From the NCBI GenBank assembly GCA_963920595.1, contig OY986949.1, forward strand, positions 3,038,001 through 3,102,000: a stretch of DNA of 64,000 bases, written 5' to 3'. This document shows positions 47,599-59,700 of the stretch, piece after piece. Numbering within the stretch: position 1 is the first letter of the stretch; each line of letters opens with the position of its first letter. Position numbers and translations under genes: made by a program. The DNA is from Eimeria praecox (taxonomy: Eukaryota). Under the pieces are notes generated by a model. That model searched no databases, was not told where the DNA came from, and worked only from the letters and a program-made list of their open reading frames with translations.

Positions 47599-50310
47599 GC
47601 CGCTGCACTTGCTTGCTGCAGCAAGGCTGCTTGCTGGGGGTACAACAGCGGGCAGCTAGGCGCGCGTGATGCTGCTGCTGGTTCTGGGGCTTTGCTGCAT
47701 GCATTCGTGCATTCTGGCTAAGTCCAAAGTGTACACAGGGAGGCAATGGAGCAGCAACAGAGTATTTCACGGAAGCAGCAGAAAACGAATGTGGGATATA
47801 TGCAGAAATGCCGTCGCTGTAGATGGAGCGGCGAGGGAGGCTGCTATGACTATAGATGAGGGGTGTATAATGAGTTAATGAGAGAATAAATATATTAATG
47901 TAGGGAGTTTGGAGGGATCCAGGTGTATGCAAGGGCCCGCTCAGCCTCTATATATGTTGTTTTGTTCTATAAACTCAATTTGGAGCTATTTTGAGCTTTG
48001 GCAAACTTTGGCTGAAGTCTATTTTGTTTTCTGATGAAGAAATGTGTGAAGAAACAATCTGTTGATGTTGCATGTTTTCACGTTGTTCGCTTATTCTATC
48101 ATAACTTGCATACTGTGCAACTCTTGTAAGAGCAGCCACATTCAGGTTTCTCTCTGAGTTACTGTAGAGCGTAACAAAGGTAATAAATAGCATTTCTCTT
48201 GAACAGGAAAACAAAGACAGACTCAGGACCCTTAATCCGTCTGTCGAAACCCGAGAAAGCTCATAAAATATGTAAATACAGAACGTTCTCAACCGCCTTT
48301 GCATCCTTGAATGCTGCATTTGAAATGGCGTTTCCTCTTAAAGACGACAGGAAGATACAGCGTACGAACTGTGTTTGAAGGATTCGCGGTGATCTATGAA
48401 AGGTCTTCAATGAAAGGGAAAGCGAATCCTATGATATTTTTTCAGACTTTCTTCGAAAGAATGCATGCAAGAAGAGGTGTAGGGTTCAGGGGAGTGTTCT
48501 ATGTTGAACCCTTCAATCTAATTTTCACGTGTTTGCCTGTGTGTTTGAACCGTATCACGTTCATAAACAAAGAAGGCATAGATGCCATAGAACATACGCA
48601 CTACTGTGAATAGCCAGAAGGAGCTGCACTTTGTTTTGCAAAGAGATTAATTATTTTAGACAGTTTCATGCATGCAAACGTGTTTAGAAAGGCTATGCTG
48701 AGAAGTGTGTTTAAAGATGCGACCGATATAACCTCAGAACACAAGCTGATTGTAGTGGCCCCATAGATCAGGTCCCTTGAGAAGATAGGAAAGGCATTTC
48801 TTATATCTAATTTGAATCAAGATCCGCCGCCAATAGCCATTACAAGCCAAGCTTATATATATGGTAGGGTAATTACCGTGAAAAAGACCTGAAAGACACC
48901 ACACATATGCAACTTTGTTTGGCTCTTTATGATGTTGAATCATTAGTTTAATCCTTTTATCCTGAACACATCCCTGTACCAAGGCCAGAACTCAAACCTG
49001 TCAGCCGCTGAACCCCGGCATTTTATTCAATTCTTCACGATTATAGTTTTAATAATTCCTACTACAAATTAGTTTTATAATTTCAGTGAGGCACACAGAG
49101 CAGAGCAGTACAATATGCCTGCGTGGGTTTTCCGAGACCTGATCACGATCAGCTGGCTGCCAGTCTGCTGCCCGGGTGTGCAAATGCTGCGATCTATGGG
49201 GTTATTGGCATTCTTAAAGGCCATTTCCATTGATATTTTAACAATAAACTTTGGAGATATACATGAAAATGCAAGAATAAAGAAATCGCAAGGGGGCTGG
49301 GCCAGTGGCGGCCGTTGTCGGCTGCGACGGTCCGGCGCGTCGCGCCCGTAATCTATTGAAGCTACCGGGGGAAAAGGGCTGTAGGGCTGCAGTTCGAAAG
49401 AAATATTTTTTTAAAGGGATGTTTGTCCTTAATGTTACAACAGTAGACGTGTGAAGGGGGTTCAAAAGACCTCTCGTGGCCATAGGCCGAGTTTTCTCCT
49501 CCCCTGTGGGGTTTCCTTACCGGGTCACCCCTTTTCAGCTCAGGCAGAGAAGCGACAGTTTCCCCAACTGACCCCCTAAGCATTTCCTCTTTTTGTTGCT
49601 TTCTATGGAGGTTCAGGTAGAAAGAAGTTCCAACAAAAGTCGGCTTCCTCCGTCTCGGCCGTTCGCTGCCGACAACGAATAGCCGACACAAGACCACTCA
49701 AGTTTCTCCCCCCCCCCCCCCCCCCCCCGCAATATTTCCCTTATCTATGCAGCATTTTTGTTGTAATTAGAGCTTCTTTTCTCATCCCAAAACCCCATTT
49801 CAGCAGGGAGGAGTACGCTCAAGGAGTATTGAGGGGAGGGTTCGTCTGCCGGGCCGCCTGTTCCTTTCCATTGACGGTGTAAACAACTACCCACCGCTCA
49901 TGGGGAGCAGCAAAGGCCGCAGAATATCCGTCATTACAAGCAAGAACCAGCGGCAACAGCACACCTTGCTGCGCTGGAGTAGCAACATAGACCCAGGAAG
50001 AGTTTTCTTGGGCGAAGGCTAGCGTAGTAGCTAATAGCAGCGGCACACCGTCAAGCTGGTGCTGTCTCGCCATGAATTTCAGTTTCCCCCTAATTAGACG
50101 GTAGCAACCGGATCTGAATACCCCGTTTCCAAGCTGCATCGGACTGTGCTGCTTAGGGGAAGGGTTTCAGACCTTCAACGAAGGTGGTCAAGGGTTTGTT
50201 GCCACCTCAAATTGACTCATTGCGTTTAAACTCCTACAAGGCTTCTCCGGTCACCTTTGTTCGCGTGTATCCTCTTGTTTAATCGTTTCCTTTTTCCTTA
50301 ACCCAGGAAA

Positions 50311-53300
50311 ATGACTGTGCGGGCCCGAGTGTGGAGGGGGCTGCTGGCATTTTGGCGTTTCTGCGGGGAACTCCTTAGCCAGAAACATGGCGTGGTAGAA
50401 TCTATAGGTGATGGTTTTGCTTGGTGGGGGGGCCTCTGTTTCCGACATCCGCTGAAAATTATTTGCGGTTCTATAGTTGCATGCCTCATTCTATCCACCG
50501 GGCTTTTGCCTCCAACCCCCATATGGATTGACGGCGCAGAGCGGCTTTATACGTTGCCTTTTTCTCGGGCCCGAGATGATGGGGTGCTTCATGAAAACCT
50601 CTTTGGAGATGTGCACGGAAGGAAGAGTGTCGTCATCCTCACTCACAAAGTCAAAGGCACAAACATCCTTACTTGGCAACACCTGGAGGAGGTGCGCCGT
50701 ATCGACTCCATCATTCAAGGCAAAGACACAGACCCCGAAATGGGGAGAAAGCTAGTCATCCCCCGTTCTCCCGATGTCATTTCCAAAGTCACCAAAAATA
50801 GTCAGGAGGGATCGGAGCCCCTGGCGCCGGGGCAACACAGCGTCACGGATGAGTCAGCCTTCCTGACCTTTGAAGATGTGTGCTTGCGAAACGCACTCGG
50901 TGGCTGCTCGGCTGAATCGGTCTTGTCCTTCGGCCTCGCCGACTACAAAGCCGCTGGTCTTGTGCAGGGAGAGCCGGAAGTATGGCTGTTCGGAGGCACA
51001 GCTTTCAACGTGCAGCAAGTGGCGTTCATCCCGGAGTACTACTTGGGAGGCTTCACGAAGGAGGCTTGCGAGAGGCGCATGCCTAGAGCAGTGGCAGAGA
51101 GACTTTTGCCTCCCTCGGCCATAAGGGAATTGCCTACCCCTGAAGATGCATTTGTTTTGGGGTCTATTGAATGCATTACGTCTGCCAGCGCGCTTATGCT
51201 TCATTACGATGCCGACGGGCGGCCTATGCATGAAGAGAGAAACGCCACTTGGGAACGATTGCTCATTCAGGTTCTCAAAGCAAATCAAACTTTGGGGAGT
51301 CTGCGAGCCTATTTCCAAGCGTTTCGTTCTCGAGACGATGAGCTCAAAGCTTCTACTGCTGAGTCAAAGGATGTGGTGTATGTGGTGTTCACCTTTTTCC
51401 TCCTTGCAAGCTACTCCACAGCCCTCAACTTCTCGTGTGATTTGTACCGCTCCAAGCTCTTCAGCTCACTCATGGGGTTTCTCGCAGCGTTCATGGGGCT
51501 GGGGGCGGGCATGGGCATTGTGTGTTACATGAAAGTGGCAATGGTGCCAACAGTACTTATCTGTCCGTTTCTAGTGCTCGGGATCGGTGTAGATGACGTT
51601 TTCGTGTTGTTGAATGCATATTGCATGGGATACACCACCCATGATCCAGAACAACGGTGCATTGACACCCTCAAGACATCGGGGTTAGGCATCACAATCA
51701 CTACTCTTACAAATCTTATTTCCTTCGGTGTTGGCTCCTTCAGCACCTACCTTTCGATTCGAAACTTCTGCGTGTACAGTGCAATGGCCTTGTTGCTGGG
51801 CTACATCTTTGTTTTGACATTCTTCTTCCCTGTCCTCTGCCTTGATGCAAAGAGAGAGTTTTACTTTCGAATTTCTCCCTTCTGCCTGCCCACGACATCG
51901 CAGCTCCACCGAAAGCTGGAAGAGGAAAAGGAGCATATGGGGCCAGCTGAACTACAAGTTCACAACGTGCTGAAGTCAGTTTCTCAGGAAGAAATCGTAG
52001 CTTATAGAGTAAACGTTTTCTTTGAAGAACAGGAATTGCGAAAAAGAATGAGGAGAGAGGAACGCGAGCGTCGAAAGCTGGAGAGGCAGAATGCAGAGGA
52101 GCCTGCCTCCAGAAAGTCTGTCTTAGCCCGTGCCGTCGCCTCCGCAAAGATGTACTTGAAAGATGCGTAAGATTCCAACAACATCAAATTTCCCTTGGCA
52201 CTGTTCGTTACACGAGAGCGGAAACAACACTCCGGTTGCCCTGCTGCCCTCGCGTGTTGCCAGGATTACTCTTAGTTAATGGGTCCTTGCTAATCAGAGC
52301 ATTGGGTGTAGGGAATGCCATTCATGAGTTGAGATACCTATGCACAGATTGCTTCGTTTCGAGCACTGTAACAGCGAGAAGCTGAAGACTCGCATGTGCT
52401 AGTGTGTCTTTGGCGTGCAGAGCCTCCCAGCACTTGGGTGTGAAATATCAGGGTGAAGAGGTGGTTCTGAAGACAACTGTGCGGGGTCTGAACCCGCAGC
52501 TGGCGAGGCATGCGCTCTACGATGAGCCTCGAGGTTCCGTAGGGCGTCGTTGGAGAACGTTCTTCTTGTGTTACTACGGGCCATTTTTAATGAAAAAGCC
52601 TGTGAAGGTAGGAGCCGAAACGAAGAGCATGAGGGACAGCTAGGCCAACCATAAGAGGTGAGCTAAAGGGCTGATGGCTTTCTGTTAGGCTTTTCTCCTC
52701 TATTATTGTGTGCACAGATTGCAGTGCTAGTTGTTTTCCTCACAATTGCGGCAGTAAGCATTTTCGGCTTTTCCAAGCTCGAGTTGGGTCTTGAAATATC
52801 GGAGCTGGCTCCTGTAACTTCGTACATGCGCCGTTTTGATGAAGTCTACGCGGAGTACTTCAACAAATTCGACCAGCCAACGGATATCTTCTTTCTGCCC
52901 ACTCCTGCTCCTGAACAGAATCAAGAGGAAAGAACTACTGACGTTGATTTGCTGAATCCTGATGAGTTTCTTGGCAAGGCTTATGGCTCAGAGACGCAAG
53001 ACCAGAAGAACCAGCAACTTCAAACTCCCCAGTGGTGGAAACCCGAAGTGCAGGCAGCTTTGCGTTTAGCACACCACCGAATTGCCTCCCGGCCTTCAAC
53101 CTCTCGACTGATCAACCCACTGCTAGCCATGCTCGATGACCCGGAAATAGGGCCTAAACTACGGCAAGGAGACAAACAGGCAAGCGGAGCCTCACGCTGC
53201 ATGGTGCATGCTTGCAGTGGGTGCCTTTCGCAACAGCCATAGAGCAGCATGCTCAGCAACTCCTTCTTACCCACATTGTTGACTGAAATAAACCCCCCTT

Positions 53301-55918
53301 GGCAATGAAAGATAAGCGCAAAGACCGTCATATTTGTGTGTACAGATTTTCCTGGACACTCTGTACTACCAGCTAATGCAAGCGGGCTCCCCCTATCGTC
53401 AGTTTGCCCTGGACTTCGTATGGAGTGGTTCTGAGCTAAAGACATATCGGATGCGTTTGTTGCCAAAGTACATGGCGCGGTCAGAACAAAGGGCCTTCTG
53501 GATGCAACAACTTAGGCAAGACTGCGACGCAATGATAGATCCTCAGACCCAATTAAACAACATGCTGAGGGAGGTGGAGGAGCAGGAACTATCGGACGAC
53601 CCTGACGTCCTCTACGAACAACTGCAAATGCAGCGAGATCTCGAAATGCTCAAGGACGTACCTATTGCGCCCCTCAAAATTGCCTCTTATACGTACATGA
53701 TGGTGTTTTATGAGAGCGACCTGGGCATTCTCAGCTCCGTCCTCATCAACATGCTTTCTGCAGGGGTGGCAATGTTGCTGGTGAGGGGCAGCCAACTCTT
53801 GTTTGAGTACAGGAGGTGGATGCACGCATCCGGCAAGAAATAGACATTAAAGGCTCTCTTTTTGTGTTCAGTCTCTTTTACGTTTTTACACTCATGTCAG
53901 GCACCTTCCGCTGAGGCGTGGGGTGCCATCAGAAAGCTGGTATAGTCTTTACCTGCTGAAAGCCTGTATCGTGTTTGTGTATATGGTGCTTAGGTGGCAT
54001 TCATTCTTATTCCAGAGCTTAGCGCAGGTCTTTTGGTGATTATGATGATTTGCCTCATCGACTTGGCGCTCTTCGGCTTCATGTATTTCTGGCATGTAAG
54101 CCGCACCCAAATAACTAGCAAAAGATCTAGAAGGTTTCTGCTGACTGACCACTGGTGGATTAAAACAAGCTCTAATGCCTCACTGGAACCAATAGAAAAC
54201 CTATGCGTGCACAGATATGCAGCGAAAATGTAGTAAGAAGCCCTTATGCACCTTTGGGGGAGGAGCTGTGTATACTGCTCTGTGCAGGTGAAGCTTCACA
54301 TGGTGTCGACGATTGCGCTGGTCATTTCCATTGGGTTTGCGGTAGATTACTCAGCTCACATGTGCCACTGCTTCACCCATTGTCTAGGAAAGACTCGCAA
54401 CCAAAGGTATATGAAAGCTGTCACTCCTCAGGATATTTCCGAAGGGCTCTTCATGAGATCCGAGCGCGAGATGAAGTCATCAGAAAGATACTGCGTTTTT
54501 TGTTTGGCCGTTTCATGCTGTATTGCCTGAATGATGAGAACGCCCCAAACTGCATAGCAGAGCAATTTCGCACAGCCTATAGCTTCAATAGGAGTTAAAT
54601 GCTCTTTAAAACAGGTGCTGTGCTATTTTCACAAGTCCATATTTCAAATGGCTGCTGTACATTTTTCAGGGCAATAGAGGCGCTCGTGCTAATGGGTAAT
54701 CCCCTCTTTCATGGGGCATCCTCCACACTTCTTGGTATCTTGCTGCTCGGGTTCAGCGAATCATTTGTCTTCACCGTTTTCTTCCGCATGATGGTCATGG
54801 TGCGTCCGCCTTCCCAGTAGCCTGTGCATGAAGACGCGGCTCACTAAAATGTGCTTAATATTCCCACAGGGGCCTCTCAGGGAATGTTTTAAGTACAAGA
54901 CCTGTGTTCGTCTGCAGCTTGATCCCGCTGCTAGCCCTCAAGTGTTTACTGGCTGACACCTATAGCTTGTGGCTAGTGCATTTTGCTCTACCTTTGGCTT
55001 TGATTCTCACAGGTTGTTTTATTTGGAGCTGCACATGGTATGGTGCTGCTGCCCGTTATTCTCTCGTGGTTGGGCCCCATGACAAACGCTCATAGTGATG
55101 GCGAAATTGAAGATGGGCGCAGCGGCGTGGAAGAAAACGGAGATTCGAAGTCAACACAGCAGGACATGGGTACAGCAACTGCTGCAGGCCCAGCAGAAGA
55201 GGGCACTCTTCAAGACACCACGAGAGTATCTGTTCCCCCACCAAGTCTTTCTCTCAAGCCCTCCAACTGCAAGCTGGCGGGGAGGGGCCCTTCATCCACC
55301 AACCCTTCAACTCGCAGCAATTCGAACGCTCCTCTGAGCTCTGTCCTGACGATTCCATCCCACCAACTTTCCTATAACAGCAGCGCGGCGAGGGATCGCG
55401 AGAGCCTGAACATCACTGGCAGTCCTATGAGGCGCTCAAAGTCAGCTGCCGCCTCCTCAAGGAGTGGACTCGGAGATCTGCAGCAGCAGAAGCACGATCT
55501 GTACCGGCATGCATCATTGGTCACAAGGAATGAGTTGCTCTCGGCCAGCAGAAGCCGTGAAGGTAAACAGCGGGCGCACAGCACAAATGCATGCAGCTCC
55601 CGGACGCACTTCACATCACCTTCGGGAGACACTCGGAAAACCAGGCGCTCAAGTTGCGTCGCCGGCTCGAGGACAGGCGACAGTATGGTGGCAGATGCAG
55701 TGGCAAGCCTCGCCCAGCAACAAGCCCTCTCAGCATCAATGGCGGGACAGAGTTTCCACTCGAGACACAGAAACCAGCAAGTCAGGCAGCTTTTACCTCC
55801 GATCAAACACAGGACCGCAAGCACAGGCACCGGGAGACGCCCATCGCAAGATCTGTGCCGGACAGGCAGCAGCAACGGCACCAACAGAAGCACCGTGAGA
55901 AGTCATACCCACCAGTAG
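50311..55918 (+). CDS. NCR1: Niemann-Pick C1-related / Patched-family sterol-sensing-domain protein (RND superfamily), about 1,400 aa, 8 exons
   Basis: Exons 50311-52166, 52421-52607, 52718-53179 (or 53203), 53346-53780, 53994-54095, 54288-54406, 54670-54799, 55013-55918. SSD signatures PFLVLGIGVDDVFVL, GITITTLTNLISFGVG, IRNFCVY; second half SIGFAVDYSAH, FTVFFRMM...HGMVLLPVILS. Ser/Arg-rich C-terminal tail. The symbol is a family-level call. Confidence 0.92.
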
Positions 55919-56784
55919 AAACAATCTGATGGCTTTGTAGCCGGCAGACCTTCTGACAGTTGCAACTGGAAAAGCATTCATCGGGCCTTTAAGTGACTCC
56001 CTCAATCGTTTACCTTCGGCAGGAAGGCCTTTACGAAGAGACGTATGAATATCAAATGGGCTGACCAGTTGGCATTTAGGGAGCTAAGCTGGCCGGCCCT
56101 GCGTTAGATACGGGCCTCGTGATCTCTGTGAGAAGCCAGTCCAAGCGAGAACAAAGCACCTTTTGTGTGCACGTGTGCGCTTTGGAAAGCAGCACGGCGT
56201 GTGCTGCAGTACGGCGTTGCGTGGTGCTTAGGAAGGAGTACTCCGTAAGGGCAACCGCAGCTGCACAGCCTCTGCTGGGCTTCGCATGAAGATATACCCT
56301 CCACAAGGCAGTTACTGATGCCTAGCAGGCACTTGGAATGGTGCCTCTTAAGTTTTACCCTCAAAAAATTCATTCCCTTAGTTGCGCATGCAGTAGCGCG
56401 GCAGTCTTTCATTGCTTCCTCGTGAACCGAAGGGCCTCGGGCTTTTAACGAAAAGCTTCGCCCCGTAGGCTCTTCAATCGAAGGAAGCGAAAAGGCCTCC
56501 AGTAGTTTGCTATCGTGGAGGTGCTAAGGTTCCAACTGTCCTAGTTGGACATATGTCGATTCTGTTTTCTACGAGTATATTATCTGTTCCATACAGTCCG
56601 AATGCTAGTGAGGTGCTTTGGAATAGTTTTGTACCATTGTAGCAGGACGCAGGCTGCGAAGTAAAGATGGTCTGTCTCATCACTCTTAGCGGTAGAATAC
56701 ATAGGAAACTTGTGTCCTGTGAGGGGGGGTGCATAGACTGAAAATAATAAAGAAAACATTCTTAGTTTAAGACTCAGAAGCAAA

Positions 56785-59700
56785 CTAATCCAGCGAGTTG
56801 CTAGTTTCGCTCTCGGTACCACCTTTTAAGTTTGGTGCCTCTGGCGTCACTGGTTCGTCTATCAGTAGAGGCAATTCGCATATCTGACTTCCACCAATAG
56901 TGTCACAGAATCCTTGCCAAAAGCATCTTGGACGTTCCCCATCTGCCGTTGGGGCAGCGGAGAGGGTGGCGTCGCTGCGGGCTGCAGGGGAGTCGTCTCC
57001 TGACAAGGAGTACTGTTGGCAGATTTGTTGCTGCTCGTGCGTGTCTACCTGTCGCAGAAGCGGGATCAGCAGTTTCTGCCTGTCTCTCAAGGGAGGGGAT
57101 ACTGTGGCCGACAAGAGTTGGAGGAACTCTTCAAGTTGATGCTCCACGGTAAGCAAAGCAGCGATTGCAGGGGGCATCTGTGGACACCACAAAGAATCAG
57201 CAAATCCAATTAGTTCGTGGACTGTATCGTGCATAGAATGCATTAGTTATTCTTATAAAAGCGTTTCTGAGTTAGCATGCTCCGTCAATAAATTAGTGCA
57301 GTTTGATCTTCTAAATGCCAAATGCTGTTGTGGGTTTCTGCTATTTGGAGCTTCGACAAATTCCCTTTTGTGTTGCCAGGATGATATCCACACCTTTAGC
57401 TGAACAATACGCAAGAAGAGCCGCTGAACCTCGATAAACGTAAGCTTCCACCTGACAATTTGAGTCCACGAAAGCTGGCCTCTGCGCATTGCTTCGCGAA
57501 GAGCTTGCTGCTGCTGTTCGAGCAACAGCAACTGCTGCTGCTGTTGGCGCTGGATCTCGTCACGTTTGGCCGCCGTAGCATCACCCAAAGCAGCTGTGGA
57601 AAACTCTACGACCTCAACGTCTTCCTGCAGGCTTCCCTGCTCTTTTCGTCCTTCCTGTTGTTGGCTAGGCTTCTTAGAGTCATGCGGGTGACGGTTCAGG
57701 CCTCCTGACTCTGGGAGCACCTCCATTATCACAGCGACCAAGCTAAGCGCTGGCAAAGCGAAGGCGCTTAGCGGCGTTGTCTTTAACAAACTCGCCGCCT
57801 CTGAGGAAAAAAGGCAAAATCTCAAGGGTAAATCCGTGTAGAAAGGTTTCCGACGACTGCAATAAATACAGTGACCTGTAGAAATCGGCCGCTACAGCCA
57901 TGAAGCAATACGTTTTCACGCTGTTTCGTGCTGGACTCCGTCATAGGCGGCGCAAATAGCCAAAGACAAACTCAGTCTGGTCCTCACCTGCTACATTTGT
58001 TGGCCATTCTGCGGCCTTGCTGGGTCTCTGCAACCGCAACATCACAGCACGAATCTTCCGCTACAACTTCCAAATACAAACCTCTGAGAAATGCGACAGG
58101 GCGTAACTAACTATCTTGCTTACGCTTCTTGACAGCCTCCCCCGACTTGCAGATGGTCTCTGCAGCAAAATTGATCCGCCAGCGCTGCTTCTTCTGCTCC
58201 GTGGTGCCGTCCCACTGCCGGTGCTCGTCGGCGGCGAGGCCGCAGGAAGACCCCCACGAGCTAGAGTACACGAGAGATACAAACACTCATAGCGCATTCC
58301 CTTGACACCCGTAAGTCAGTCCAATTACTTTACGATTTGCACTTCGGAGTATAGGTTTTAAACCGGTTACGCGAGGGGTTTTGGGCTAGCCTCCAAAACA
58401 AATACACTGTGGGATTCCTACACATCATAGTGGGTTAAGACAAACACTGATGCTGCGAAGGCCACCAATTTTCTAGAAGCCTAGTGATGCTCACCCTCTC
58501 CAGCTCCCTTTTCTCCTTGTTGGTGTTCACTGGGCAGCACGAGACCTGCTGTCTGCGCCGCACGCACCACAACCCAGGGATATCCCCATTTTCTGTCGTC
58601 GAGAGTACCCAGCGCATTGAAAGCACGGCTATAGCTCATTTAGCTACTTCTTGGACTATGCTGCTACAAAACAGAACTTCCTGAACCCTTGAGCTAAAAG
58701 GTCTACTTCGATATTTCGATGAAGCTGCGCCTGCGCATGCGGTCGACTCTTATTGTACACATGTCGAAGTGTGTTTTAATCTTGCAGATGTGCAATAGGT
58801 GGCTAGTTTACATCGAGTACACGAAATAGAACTCGAGCGCTGCACACCACAGCCCCTGGGATTTCCGTCGAGTTCCCATGCTCACGGATACCTTGGAGAA
58901 AAAGCAAAGCACAAAAGAGAGCGCGTAACTGTTTCCCTTAGCAAAAGGAACATAGTCAAGGCCGGCGCGGAAATGCACGGGAAAATTCGGGTTTACTTGA
59001 ACCAGCTTGATGAGGGGAGCTCGAGAACAAGGCTCTATGTAGTGCTTCATCAAGGATGCAGCACTTTTCTGCGAAAACCGCCTGGCGGAATACTTCTGCA
59101 TGGCGGCCTGCGCAGGCTGCTATTTCTTCCGTCTCCCTGATCAGCGTACAGCTTTCCCCATGGCTGCCGTGCCGCCATTGAGAGGGGTCTTTTGCTCTGC
59201 TGTCATTCGCACTTGACTCTGTGGCAGGTGCCCGTTGAGGGGCATCTGGAGCCTTTCGTGTACTAGTAGGTGTCGCCCCTGACTGCTGCCTGCTGATGGA
59301 AGGCTTCGGCCTCCCTTGCCCTGAGGGAATTCGCTTCAGCTGCTGAGGTGGCGAGTCTTGCCTGCGTGTCAGTGGCTGGGGCGGCTGGGGAGGCACGCTT
59401 TGTTTCCCCTGAGATTGTTCACTAGGCATGCTACGAAGGCCACTTGTCCCAGCATCACTGGCCTCTGCTTGACTCGTGCTTTTTTGAAGCGTCTGACTGC
59501 CACACTCATCTGTTCTGTCTTGAGCCTTATGAGAGACTTCACTGACCTCGTTCTGTATCTGCCTCTCAAGGGTATCGCCCAAAATGCGGAGTTTGCGGCA
59601 CAGTGCAATCCAAGCAAGGCTTAAACAACTGGGATCATCCGTATCGACGCGCTCAACAGCGCCCCCCACAGGTGTACTGCCTGAGCTGAGAACTGAATGA

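Noticed and set aside
47900..50300. Short ORFs, possible ncRNA and the poly-C run near 49710 upstream of NCR1
   Set aside because: No recognisable protein, tRNA, snRNA or rRNA signature by eye; treated as intergenic/promoter. An Rfam search would be needed to exclude ncRNA.
58378..58399. Small hairpin gttttgg...ccaaaac as a terminator or element end
   Set aside because: A 7-bp stem is expected by chance and there is no supporting context.
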